64,000 bases of DNA, from the NCBI GenBank assembly GCA_963794655.1, contig CAWCEV010000007.1:15708-79707 (forward strand), written 5' to 3'. The notes beneath the pieces were generated by a model. It searched no databases. It saw nothing but the letters and a program-made list of their open reading frames with translations, and had not been told where the DNA came from. A program made the translations under genes and the position numbers. Position 1 is the stretch's first letter. Each line of letters starts with the position of its first letter. Source of the stretch: an uncultured Alphaproteobacteria bacterium. GTDB lineage: Bacteria; Pseudomonadota; Alphaproteobacteria; Rhizobiales; Beijerinckiaceae. Shown here in pieces: positions 27,532 through 37,324 of this stretch.

Positions 27532-28418
27532 TTGACCGCGCCCGAGAGTAGCCCCGAGACGTAGTAGCGCTGCAAGGCGAGATAGACGGCGAGACAGGGG
27601 ATGATCGATACGACGACGCTCGCCTGCAGGGCGCCCCAATCGACCGCGCCGTGATTGCCGATGCGCACGCTGACCAGGAGGATCGGCACGGTGAAAGAGG
27701 TCTCCCGGTTCATGAAGATGAGCGCGGCGAGGAACTCGTTCCACGAATTGATGAACGCAAATAGCGCCACCGTCACGATCGCGGGGACGGCGAGGGGCAG
27801 AAAGACGCGGGTGAAGCGCTTCCAGGCCGAACAGCCGTCAACCATCGCCGCCTCCTCGATCTCGCGCGGGATCGCCTCGAAGCTGTTGCGCATGAGGAAG
27901 ACCGAGAACGGCAATTGCAGGATCGTGTGGACGATCGCGAGCCCGAGATGGCTATTGACGAGCCCGACCTTGGCAAAGTCGAGATAAAGCGGGGTCAGCA
28001 GCGCCTGATAAGGGATCATTATCGGCGCGAGCAGACCGAGAAACGCGACCTCCTTGCCGCGCATCGCAAAGCGCGCGAGGCCGTAGCCCGCGGGCGCCGC
28101 GAGCACGATGCAGGCCGCGATCGTCATGAGCGCAACCAGCCCGGAATTACTCACATAGGTCGCGAGGCCCGCCTGGAAATGGATGACCTTGGCGTAGTTC
28201 TGGAAGCTTAGCGCCTGCGGCAGATAATGGGGCGGGACGGCCGAAGCGTCGGCCGCCGTCTTGATCGAGGCGAGGAACGAGAGCGCCATCGGCGCGGCCA
28301 TGATCGCGATCACCGCGACGCAGGCGGCGATTGCGAGGTAGGCGCCGGGAGGCGCCCGCCCGCCGCGCGGCGTGGAAATCGCCCGCTCGGTCTCGCTCGT
28401 CAGCGCGGCCACGGTCAT
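27528..28418 (-). CDS. carbohydrate ABC transporter permease (CUT1)
   Basis: Six-TM MalG-like pattern with the EAA motif region ...FEAIPREIEEAAMVDGCSAWKRFTRVFLPLA...; the start MTVAAL overlaps the upstream stop. Confidence 0.9.
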   Translation of the reverse strand: MTVAALTSETERAISTPRGGRAPPGAYLAIAACVAVIAIMAAPMALSFLASIKTAADASAVPPHYLPQALSFQNYAKVIHFQAGLATYVSNSGLVALMTIAACIVLAAPAGYGLARFAMRGKEVAFLGLLAPIMIPYQALLTPLYLDFAKVGLVNSHLGLAIVHTILQLPFSVFLMRNSFEAIPREIEEAAMVDGCSAWKRFTRVFLPLAVPAIVTVALFAFINSWNEFLAALIFMNRETSFTVPILLVSVRIGNHGAVDWGALQASVVVSIIPCLAVYLALQRYYVSGLLSGAVK

Positions 28419-29296
28419 GTCTCGGCGCTCCGGGCGGTGAGCGCGATCTGCATCGTCGAGAAAACGAGGATGATGATCGTGAGAGCGATCGACAGCGCCG
28501 CGCCATAGCCGAGTTTGAACGAGATGAACGAGTTCTGGTAGATCCAATAGACGGCGGTGAACGTCTGTCCTCGCGGTCCGCCGGAGGTCATGATGTAGAA
28601 CTGGTCGAAGGCCAGCATCGAGCCGATCGCGCTAACCAGCGTCGTCAGAAGCAACACCCGGCGGGTCAGCGGCAGAATGATGAGACGGACGCGCCCCCAG
28701 TAACTCGCGCCGTCCATCAGCGCGGCCTCGAGAATGTCGGGATTGATCGACTGGATTCCCGCGATGAACAGCACCATGCCGAAGCCGACGACTTTCCAGG
28801 TGATCGAGATCACGACCGCCCAAAACGCTAGATCGGCGCTGGCGAACCAGACGATCGGCTCGCCGATCAGGTGCAGGTCGACGAGCAGCTTGTTGAGGAG
28901 TCCGACCTGTTCGTCGAGCAGCCAGAACCACAGCAGGCTCGAACTCGACAGGCCGATCACCACGGGCAGGAAAACGATAATGCGGGTCAGCCGCTTGAGC
29001 GGCGTGTTGTCGACCGTGAGCAACGCGAGCGCAAAGCCGAGGCCCATAAGGATCGGCGTCAGCACGAGCGTGTATTTGGCGGTGAACTCGAGCGCCCGCC
29101 AGAAGCTCGAGTCGTTCCAGATCCGCCAATAATTGGCGAAGCCGATGAACCTACCGCCGCCAAGCAGCGACCGGTCGCTCAGCGACGTGGCGACGAGCTG
29201 GCCGAGCGGGATCAGAACGAAGACCGCGACGAACAGGAGGGCTGGCGCCATGAAGAGCCAACCCGGCCATTGCGGAATGGTTCGGCTTCGTCGCAT
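28415..29296 (-). CDS. sugar ABC transporter permease (CUT1)
   Basis: MalF-like: ...IAGIQSINPDILEAALMDGASYWGRVRLIILPL... Confidence 0.9.
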   Translation of the reverse strand: MRRSRTIPQWPGWLFMAPALLFVAVFVLIPLGQLVATSLSDRSLLGGGRFIGFANYWRIWNDSSFWRALEFTAKYTLVLTPILMGLGFALALLTVDNTPLKRLTRIIVFLPVVIGLSSSSLLWFWLLDEQVGLLNKLLVDLHLIGEPIVWFASADLAFWAVVISITWKVVGFGMVLFIAGIQSINPDILEAALMDGASYWGRVRLIILPLTRRVLLLTTLVSAIGSMLAFDQFYIMTSGGPRGQTFTAVYWIYQNSFISFKLGYGAALSIALTIIILVFSTMQIALTARSAET

Positions 29297-29314
29297 CGAT
29301 GAGGGCGAGCGGTG

Positions 29315-30562
29315 CTATTGGCCGGCGATTTCCTTCATCTTTTCGCGTCCCTCCTTGATCGCCCCGTCGACGTCGCCGTCAAAGATGGCGCGCTGGAACA
29401 TGTTGATCCACGGACTCGAGTCCGAATTCACCATGTCGGCGAAATGAAAGACCCACGGCACATATCCGACGCCAATCGCCTTGGCGGTCACGACGACGCG
29501 CGGATCGGCGGCGAAATATTTGTTGTCGGCAAGCGCTGGGCGCGACGGCACGATGTTGTTCTTGGCGAGCCCTTCGAGCTGGGCTTCGTCGGTCAGCTCC
29601 CAGGCGATGAACTGCTTGGCGAGCGGAACATGCTTGGACCCGACCGGGATCGCGACGACGTCGCCGCCGACAAACGATGACACTTGGCCTTCCTTCACGC
29701 CGGGCAGGAAGGTGACGCCGAAGTTGAGGCTCGGCACGTCCTTCTTGAGCTCGGAGAGCAGGAAGCCGCCGGTTCCTTGAATGCCAATCTTGCCGCTCTT
29801 GAACTCGCCGGTGAAGTTCGCGCCGTTGTCGGTCTGCGCGCTCTTGGGCACGAGACCCTCGTTCCACATCTCCTTGAAGGTTTCGAGCACGTCCTTGACG
29901 CCGTCGCCGGTGAGCGCGTCGTCGTTTCCATTGGCGGGCAGCATCTTCGAGCCCGCGGCGACCATCATCGGCGATGTCGCGAAAATGTTGCAGCCCGGGC
30001 AGGCGCCGGAGAAATAGAAGCCGTAGATGTCGGACCCGAGCGCGCGGATCTTCTTCGCGTCCTCATGGATCTCGCCGACCGTCTGCGGCGGCTTGTCGGG
30101 ATCGAGCCCTGCCTTCTTGAACAGATCCTTGTTCCACACGAGGATCGACACGTCCGGCGTGAACCCCGCGCCGTAGAGCTTGCCCTCGTAGGTCGCGATG
30201 TCCTTGTAGGCCTGGGCGACGGAAGCGTAGTTCGGATTGGCCTTCAGGTCGGCCGTAAGGTCGACAAGGAAGCCGGCCTTCATGAAATCGGGCATGTAAA
30301 TGAGGTCGAACGACACGAGGTCGGGGACGTCGCCCGCCTGCACGCCCGTCGCGAGCTTGGTGACCATCTGGTTGTCGGGGATGGTGGTCAGCTCGATCTT
30401 GTCGGGGTGGGTCGAGTTCCAGAGATCAACGAGATGCGCTGCGGCGTTGACGCCACTGGCCCGCACCCACATCGTCATCGCATCAGCGTAAGCCGCCGTC
30501 GCAAGGGCTGACGAAGCGATCAGCATCGCGGCGAGCGCGCCGCAAGTCCTCCGTATGGTCAT
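29315..30562 (-). CDS. sugar ABC transporter substrate-binding protein
   Basis: Signal peptide MTIRRTCGALAAMLIASSALATAAYA; family-1 extracellular solute-binding pattern. Confidence 0.9.
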   Translation of the reverse strand: MTIRRTCGALAAMLIASSALATAAYADAMTMWVRASGVNAAAHLVDLWNSTHPDKIELTTIPDNQMVTKLATGVQAGDVPDLVSFDLIYMPDFMKAGFLVDLTADLKANPNYASVAQAYKDIATYEGKLYGAGFTPDVSILVWNKDLFKKAGLDPDKPPQTVGEIHEDAKKIRALGSDIYGFYFSGACPGCNIFATSPMMVAAGSKMLPANGNDDALTGDGVKDVLETFKEMWNEGLVPKSAQTDNGANFTGEFKSGKIGIQGTGGFLLSELKKDVPSLNFGVTFLPGVKEGQVSSFVGGDVVAIPVGSKHVPLAKQFIAWELTDEAQLEGLAKNNIVPSRPALADNKYFAADPRVVVTAKAIGVGYVPWVFHFADMVNSDSSPWINMFQRAIFDGDVDGAIKEGREKMKEIAGQ

Positions 30563-30719
30563 AAGCTCCTCCCGAAACTACCGCCTTGTTTTACTTGAAA
30601 AAGCCTTCTTCCCGGCTAGATGAGAAAAGCTTTTCCCAGTCTTTGTACGGCGCCCATAGCCGGCAGGCAAGGCTTGTCAGTTTAGCCACGCTTGCCCCCA
30701 AGGACGACCGCGTCGTTGG

Positions 30720-31576
30720 CAGTTACGGATGGCCCTGCCTAGCCTCGCGTCGTTTCAGCGTGCGTGGATATGCTCCGGAGAGCCAGATGGCGACGATCGT
30801 GGGACCCGAATTCCTATTTGGTGGAAGCGAAAGTCCTCCTCGCCGAACGGTCATCGTGACAGTCTACTTCCGCTTCGAAACAAGCGATCCTATGCGCGAT
30901 GGATCATCGATTGCGGCTACAAAGGCCAACGCGGTCATATGGCCGACGCCTGGGATGGTCATGAGCCGGCGGCAGGCCCCCGAGGCCCTCGTCATGCGTC
31001 TTATGTCGGCGTCGATCGCGGCGACCGCCGCCATCACGGCAGTCCGAGCCGCATCAAACCTCGCATGGCGGCGGAAAGACCCGCGATCCCTTCGCTTGCT
31101 TTGACAGCCTCGTTGATGAAGGCGGCGGTGAGAGCCCGCGGGAGCCGGACTCCGAACACGACCGCCAAACCTCGGATCTGGTTTTCCAGGGTCACGCGCT
31201 GACCGACCAGCTTCTTGCGCGCGATGAGCAGCGAGCGCACGGCGTGGGCCGAGAAAGACTTCACGTGCACGGCCTTGAAGAAGCCGGTGCGGGCCAGATG
31301 CGCCAGCCCTCGCGCGTCGTTGCGATCGGTCTGGTGGGTCGCGAGCGACTTGAGCGCCGGATAGGCCTGCCGGCTCTCGATGCACACCACAGGGAGGTCG
31401 AGCTGGCTCAGCCCGTGAAACAGGATCGGCGCCATGCGTCCGGTCTCGAACACAATCCGACGGCAGCTTGGCGCTTTCACCAATTCGCGGGCGATCGCTT
31501 GCGCGGTCGATACTGTCTTGCTCTCGCGAACGACCTCGCCTTCCCGGTCGACAACGCAGATGTGGGTTTCATCCAT
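30720..31576 (-). pseudogene. IS110-family transposase remnant (frameshifted, 3' degraded)
   Basis: MDETHICVVDREGEVVRESKTV...VVCIESRQAYPALKS...TDRNDARGLAHLARTG... then a frameshift to ...IDADIRRMTRASGACRRLMTIPGVGHMTALAFVAAIDDPSRI. The tail below 30864 is only faintly recognisable. Confidence 0.65.
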
Positions 31577-31615
31577 CGAAATGTCGAGCCAGCACGCCGA
31601 GCGGTCTCATCGGCG

Positions 31616-32232
31616 TTGACGCCGGCGTGGATTTCCTGACCCAGCCGATCGATGCGATCTGAAAGTACGTCGATCTGTTCCGCCATTTCGAGCATGGCGA
31701 GCCGGGCGACCGGCGGGAAGGAGACCTCCGGATCGCGCACCTTATCTGCAAGCTTCGCGACGCTGGCCATGCCCTGTGAACTGATGATGCCGAGTTCGCT
31801 CATCTGCGCTCGAAAGGCGTTCGCCAGTTGCGAACGCTGCCGGACAAGGAGCTCGCGAGTGCGCAGCAGCATTCCCGCCGCCCTGTTGTTCGGTATTCTT
31901 GATCAGCACGAAGCGCATGGTCGGCCACGCCACGGCCTCACAGATCGCTTCCGCATCCGCAGCGTCAGTTTTGCCACGCTTGACGTAGGCCTTCACATAA
32001 ATTGGCGGAATCATGCGCACCGGTGACCAAAAGCGCCGATCTCTCTCGCCCAATAGTGCGAAGTCGCACAGGCTTCGAGCCCGACCAGGCACTTCGGCAG
32101 GCGGCGGAAAAAGTCGAGGACCTGAGAGCGACGAATTGCGCGCTTGATCCCGCTCTCGCCCTCGCCATTGACGCCATGAACCTGGAAGACTGATTTCGCG
32201 AGATCGAGCCCAATCGTAGTTACAGTTTGCAT
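31616..32232 (-). pseudogene. second IS110-family transposase remnant (two or more frameshifts, 3' end missing)
   Basis: MQTVTTIGLDLAKSVFQVHGVNGEGE...CLVGLEACATSHYWAREIG / VRMIPPIYVKAYVKRGKTDAADAEAICEAVAWPTMRFV / LLRTRELLVRQRSQLANAFRAQMSELGII...ADETARR lie in three frames. It is fused directly to the remnant at 30720..31576. Confidence 0.65.
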
Positions 32233-32703
32233 CAAGCGTATCCTCTTCATTGATGGCGGCTGGAACAACGAGAGTACTCCAGCCCACTGACGGAGCAATC
32301 GGGCCGTTCCATCAATCACATTTGATGAAATCGAGGCGCCAATTCGGCTCTGATTCGAGCGAAGTGCAGGTGACGCGCTGTGTAGCTTCGCCCTGTCGCC
32401 TTCATCAGTCATCGCTGCGCCAGCCCCTACGCTGGCTTTCTTACCTGCCTCAGCTTGGCAAAGGCACGATCGCCGATGGCGGTGACTTCATGGTGGAGGG
32501 TTTCACGGCGGGGGCTTCACGGTGCTCTTGCCCCATGGTGGTACAAACCGGGGGTCCAAATGGTCCTTGTCGAACTAATCACCCTCCCTGATCGGACCGC
32601 CAAAAAAATCCTTGATCAAGCACGGGACTTGCTGACGCCTTGCTGAGAGCAACGATACCTGTGAAAGATTTCATTATTTCAAACGCTTGAAGGCACCTAT
32701 CTG

Positions 32704-32752
32704 GCGACTGAAAATCGCAGTGTCGGTGGTTCGATTCCGCCCCTGGGCACCA
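32704..32752 (+). tRNA. tRNA-Phe(GAA) 3' fragment (anticodon arm to CCA); 5' half absent
   Basis: GCGA-CTGAAAA-TCGC anticodon arm, then GTGTC, GGTGG-TTCGATT-CCGCC T arm and CCTGGGCACCA. No complementary GCCCAGG acceptor strand or D arm lies upstream. Likely an att-site remnant. Confidence 0.7.
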
Positions 32753-32916
32753 TCACCTCATCGAAAGAAAGCCTAGATCGTCCAATAATCCTTTCAGAAT
32801 CAATAAATTGAATTGACTCGGTGTCCACCACGGTCTTGTAGCGGCCATTGACATCCGTCGACTTTGTTGGCCTGCTTGTTGGCCTTAAGCCCAACAAGCA
32901 CCACCGAGGCCAACAG

Positions 32917-34131
32917 GTGTCGCTCACAGACAAGCAGATTCGGAACACGCGCGCGGCAGAGGGGCGGGTGCTGAAGTTGTCCGACAGCGAGGGGCTTCAG
33001 CTTTGGGTCACGCCCTCCGGCAGCAAGCTTTGGAACCTCGCCTACCAATTCGACGGCAAGCAGCGAAAGCTCGCTATGGGTCCCTTCCCTCGTGTCTCGC
33101 TGAAGGATGCCCGCCAGCGCCGTGATGAGGCGAAGCGACAGTTAGCCGCTGGCCTCGACCCGAGCCACCAAAAGCGCCTCGCGAAGCTGGCTTTAGCCGC
33201 ACAACAAGCCAATACCTTTGCAACTATCGCTGATGAACTGCTCGCCCAGACGCGACGAGAGGGCAAGGCGCCGGCGACGTTGGCCAAACTCGAATGGCTG
33301 TTTGCGCTCGCCAAGCCCAGCCTCGGGGCACGGCCGATCAGCGCCATTGAGGCACCCGAAGTGTTGCAGGTACTTCGCCGCGCCGAGGCCCGCGACAGAC
33401 TGGAAACGGCCCGTCGTCTACGCTCAGTCATTGGCTCGGTTTTCAGGTTTGCGGTGGCGACCGGCCGCGCGTCGAACGATCCGACCCCCGCCCTCCGCGG
33501 AGCGCTAGTCACGCCGACCGTGCGGCCTCGGGCCGCTATAGTCGAGCCGACCGAGTTGGGCGAGTTACTACGCGCGATCGACGGCCACAACGGCATGCCG
33601 GAGGTACGCTGCGGCCTGCAACTGCTCGCCCTCACCTTCGCAAGGCCGGGCGAACTGCGCGGCGCGCGATGGGCGGAGATCGATTTCGAGAGGGAGGTTT
33701 GGACGATCCCCGGCCCGCGCATGAAGATGCGCCGTCCGCATCGCGTTCCTCTGGCCCGTCAGACTGCGAATGTCTTGAAAAATCTCAGCGCCATCACCGG
33801 TGAGGCTGAGTTAGTCCTGCCAGGCATGCGCGGTCGCGGCCGACCCCTGTCCGAGAACACGCTCAACGCGGCTCTACGGCGCCTCGGCTACTCAAGAGAC
33901 GAAATGACGGCCCATGGCTTCCGCGCAGCGGCTTCGTCCATCCTCAACGAAAGCGGCCTGTGGAACCCCGACGCCATCGAGGCCCAGCTGGCCCATGTCG
34001 AAGGCAACGCCGTGCGTCGCGCATACGCGAGGGCTGAGTTTTGGGACGAACGGGTCCGGATGATGCAATGGTGGGCGGACCAATTAGACAGTCTGAGGTA
34101 TTCCACCGAGGCTTGCTTGTCCAAACCGTAA
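32917..34131 (+). CDS. tyrosine-type site-specific integrase (P4-like)
   Basis: (V)SLTDKQIRNTRAAEGRVLKLSDSEGLQLWVTPSGSKLWNLAYQFDGKQRKLAMGPFPRVSLKDARQRRDEAKRQLAAGLDP...HGFRAAASSILNE...AQLAHVEGNAVRRAYAR. GTG start at 32917, 165 nt after the tRNA fragment. Confidence 0.9.
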   Translation: MSLTDKQIRNTRAAEGRVLKLSDSEGLQLWVTPSGSKLWNLAYQFDGKQRKLAMGPFPRVSLKDARQRRDEAKRQLAAGLDPSHQKRLAKLALAAQQANTFATIADELLAQTRREGKAPATLAKLEWLFALAKPSLGARPISAIEAPEVLQVLRRAEARDRLETARRLRSVIGSVFRFAVATGRASNDPTPALRGALVTPTVRPRAAIVEPTELGELLRAIDGHNGMPEVRCGLQLLALTFARPGELRGARWAEIDFEREVWTIPGPRMKMRRPHRVPLARQTANVLKNLSAITGEAELVLPGMRGRGRPLSENTLNAALRRLGYSRDEMTAHGFRAAASSILNESGLWNPDAIEAQLAHVEGNAVRRAYARAEFWDERVRMMQWWADQLDSLRYSTEACLSKP

Positions 34132-34263
34132 CGCCAACTCGTTCAGAAGCTGGGAACAGTGGCCGGCCTCTGCCAGGGCAAAATCTAGAGGCCGCCTTGG
34201 TCAGACCTTGTGATTTGACACCCCGACCTCCTCTGGCATTACACAATCCCAAGCGAGGTAAAC

Positions 34264-34764
34264 GTGAAGGCGGCAAGATCCGGCATCCGCGACAACAGGC
34301 GGAGGGGCAGCGTCCACGAGTTCATCACTGAACGTGCGGTTCGGGACAGCTGCCTGTCCGTCGTCTCGGCTTATTTTACGACCTTCGCTTACGACCGTCT
34401 CCGCACGACGTTGGACGCCATCGGGCAGATGCGCTTCCTGTTCGGCGAACCTAGGTTCCTGAAGGATGCAGATAATGCGGGTCTCGTCCCGCCCGCCTTC
34501 TCGTTCGATGAGTTGGGCCTGCGTCTCACCGAGCAAATCAGACAGCGGGCGGCGGCGTTGCGATGCGCCCAATGGATTAGGGACCGAGTTGAAATACGGT
34601 CCGTCAAGCGGTCAGGCTTGTTGCACGGAAAGCTCCTTCATATCGACGACGGACGCCGTCCGCACGCCCTGCTCGGCAGCTCGAACTTCACCATCAATGG
34701 GCTCGTTTTGATTTTATACAAGCAGGCAGTCACCGGCCGTGAGGGCTCCCGGACCCGAAGCTGA
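34264..34764 (+). pseudogene. N-terminal PLD (HKD) nuclease-domain fragment of a large PLD-helicase type protein
   Basis: ...CLSVVSAYFTTFAYDRLRTTLDAIGQMRFLFGEP...LLHGKLLHIDDGRRPHALLGSSNFTINGL carries the HxK(x4)D...GSxN motif. Recognisable sequence stops at ~34713, with no helicase part downstream. Confidence 0.65.
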
Positions 34765-35415
34765 AGTTCCAGCACTGATGAGCGGACGGTGCAATTGAAC
34801 CGATTGATCTCCAGGTGCCGTTTGAAGGCGCACGCGGGGATGCGCTGATTGTGACTTTCCTACCGGGCGTCGATAAGCGACGGGCCGGCTGTTTCCGGCC
34901 AATCTCAAAGCGATATCGGTGACTATGGGCAAGCGAAGGTCAGCCCGCGGACTTCGCCCACCGTGAATGAACTGACGGATTTCCTCGGTCCGGGGGTCTG
35001 GGAGAACTTTGCCGTCGCGCATTGACACAGTAGCGCCGTGACCGAGCAGCCAAGGGATAAGTCCCAGTCGGTCGTAGTTCTCGCCGGCGTCGTTTCGCCC
35101 CCGATTCAGCCATTGAACGAACGTATCGAAACCTTCATGTACGACGTAGTCGAGGGTCTTACGCACCTGTTCGGAATACTGGATCGAGCAAAGGACGATC
35201 CGGCAGTCCTGGTTCTTGAGGATGTCGCCGGCGTAAAGCTCGCGCTCCTCCGGCGAACCGCTGATCAGGAAGATCTCGACGCACTCCCCGCCGTAAAGGA
35301 TTAGCGTCCGCGGATATTGGCCGGTCCGGACAGTCGCGCCGAACAGAGTGTTCCAAGTGGTCGATTTGCCGGAATTCCGGTGGCCTAGGATGCCGACGAA
35401 CAAGCGATCGATCAT
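34714..35415 (-). CDS. P-loop NTPase, family unknown
   Basis: MIDRLFVGILGHRNSGKSTTWNTLFG has a Walker A motif, and GAGG lies 6 nt upstream of the ATG. GC is lower than in the surroundings. The last ~70 residues are low-complexity (R/P/S/G-rich) and overlap the PLD fragment, so the true C-terminus is doubtful. Confidence 0.6.
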   Translation of the reverse strand: MIDRLFVGILGHRNSGKSTTWNTLFGATVRTGQYPRTLILYGGECVEIFLISGSPEERELYAGDILKNQDCRIVLCSIQYSEQVRKTLDYVVHEGFDTFVQWLNRGRNDAGENYDRLGLIPWLLGHGATVSMRDGKVLPDPRTEEIRQFIHGGRSPRADLRLPIVTDIALRLAGNSRPVAYRRPVGKSQSAHPRVRLQTAPGDQSVQLHRPLISAGTSASGPGALTAGDCLLV

Positions 35416-35689
35416 GACAGCCTCGCGATGAAGCGTCGGTTATGGTCTCCGTAACGGCGGCGGACAGGGACGCTCGTTACATCGAGGCCGTTCGCGGTGA
35501 GCCGGCCGTTGGCGGCTCGTGACCCAGCATTCAGGCGCATATTCTTGTCCCGGCGGCGAGCGTCAGGCCCTGCAGGATATTCATCGTCCGCTTGTCCGGC
35601 GTCAGGGAGACGTCGGTGATCACGGGCGTGTCGGCGAACGACAGTCGATGTGATCGAGAGCGAGCGTCACCTTGCGCCGCTTCTCCCAT

Positions 35690-37222
35690 TCATTGGGCCG
35701 CCAGCGGCGAACGCTCCAGTTCCCGGAGATAGTTGCGGAGCGCCACGACCTCGTCCTCAGAAAACCTCAGGCCCAGTTTGCTTCGTCGCCATAGGACATC
35801 CTCCGTGGAGACAGCCCATTCGCTTCGGCTGAGATAGCGCACTTCCGCTTCGGTCAGGTCGGCTCCAAAGCGTCTTCCGAGGTCGGCGGCTGATCTAGCC
35901 TCGCCCAGGACTTTTGGCACGCGCGTCCCGTAGCCGTGCGCCAGTCTTCGAATTGTTGACGGCACAAGGAAGGGATATCGGCGCCCTGTCTCCTTGCAAA
36001 GCGCGTCAAATTCCTGCATCGGAAAATCTCCTCCAGGCAAGGGTTCCTTCGCGGTCCAACTGCCCGGACGACGGGGCGACGGCAGATAAGGAGCGAGCAT
36101 CGCCAGGGCGGATTCCGCCAGGCGCCGATAGGTAGTGATCTTGCCTCCGAAGACTGTCAGCAGCGGCGCATCGCCGGCGCTGACATCGAGTTTTAGCACA
36201 TAGTCCCGAGTCGCCGCTTTCGCGTCCGACGCGCCGTCGTCGTATAGAGGGCGAACGCCCGAGTACGACCAAATGACTTGGCTTGGCTGGAGCGGCGCCC
36301 TGAAATACTCGCTGGCGGCAACACAGAGGTAAGCGATCTCGTCGGACGTCGCGTGAACATCATCCGGGTCGCCGGCATAGTCCAGGTCCGTGGTTCCGAT
36401 AAGCGTGAAATCCGTTTCGAAGGGAATTGCGAAGAACACTCTGCCGTCAGAATTCTGGAAGATGTAGCAACGATCGTGCGCAAAGAGCTTCGGCACGACG
36501 ATATGACTTCCTTTGACGAGACGCATGGCGGCGGGCGAATTGCGGGCCAGGGTCGAAGTCAGGACTTCGCCGGCCCAGGGGCCGGCCGCGTTGACAATTG
36601 TGCGCGCCCTCACCTCGTAGACGCTCCGCCCCGTTTCCTCGCGAAGGGTCAGCCGCCAGCAACCGTCTTCCCGCCTGCCCGAGACGCAGCGCGTCCGGGG
36701 CGCGATCGTCGCGCTGCGCTCGAAAGCATCCATCGCGTTCAGAACGACGAGACGCGAATTGTCGACCCCGCAATCCGAGTATTCGAACGCGCGGACAAAT
36801 TCCGGCTTCAGCGGAAGGCCTATGGGTTCGCGGTCGAGACGCACCTTCCTCGTCGGCGCCAACGCGCGCCGACCTCCAAGGTGATCGTAGAGAAAGAGCC
36901 CCAATCGCAGCAGCCATGCGGGACGCCCGCCCTCCTGAACCGGCAGCACGAATCGCACCGGCCAAATGATATGTGGCGCGACTCCCCACAAAATCTCGCG
37001 CTCGACGAGCGCCTCGCGAACCAAACGAAACTCGTAATACTCAAGGTAGCGCAGGCCGCCATGGATAAGCTTGGTCGAAGCGCTCGACGTCGCGCCCGCA
37101 AGATCTCCCTTATCGCAGAGAAACACGGACCATCCGCGCCCGGCGGCGTCACGGGCGACGCCACAGCCGTTTACGCCGCCGCCGACGATCGCGACATCGA
37201 AGGTGGCGCTGGCTGGGACCAT
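35690..37222 (-). CDS. glpD: glycerol-3-phosphate dehydrogenase (FAD-dependent)
   Basis: MVPASATFDVAIVGGGVNGCGVARDAAGRGWSVFLCDKGDLAGATSSASTKLIHGGLRYLEYYEFRLVREAL... Confidence 0.92.
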   Translation of the reverse strand: MVPASATFDVAIVGGGVNGCGVARDAAGRGWSVFLCDKGDLAGATSSASTKLIHGGLRYLEYYEFRLVREALVEREILWGVAPHIIWPVRFVLPVQEGGRPAWLLRLGLFLYDHLGGRRALAPTRKVRLDREPIGLPLKPEFVRAFEYSDCGVDNSRLVVLNAMDAFERSATIAPRTRCVSGRREDGCWRLTLREETGRSVYEVRARTIVNAAGPWAGEVLTSTLARNSPAAMRLVKGSHIVVPKLFAHDRCYIFQNSDGRVFFAIPFETDFTLIGTTDLDYAGDPDDVHATSDEIAYLCVAASEYFRAPLQPSQVIWSYSGVRPLYDDGASDAKAATRDYVLKLDVSAGDAPLLTVFGGKITTYRRLAESALAMLAPYLPSPRRPGSWTAKEPLPGGDFPMQEFDALCKETGRRYPFLVPSTIRRLAHGYGTRVPKVLGEARSAADLGRRFGADLTEAEVRYLSRSEWAVSTEDVLWRRSKLGLRFSEDEVVALRNYLRELERSPLAAQ

Positions 37223-37324
37223 TGTGACTTGGCGCTGTTCACCCCGTCGGACACCGAAATAGGCGTTCGAGGGTCCAATCCCTCGTTTGCCGACTGATGC
37301 AGCGTAACGAGAATACAAATCGCT

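Noticed and set aside
32677-32752. A complete tRNA-Phe gene
   Set aside because: The 76 nt ending at CCA 32752 begin TTTCAAA..., which cannot pair with the CCTGGGC acceptor 3' strand. There is no D arm, and similarity to tRNA starts only at the anticodon stem.
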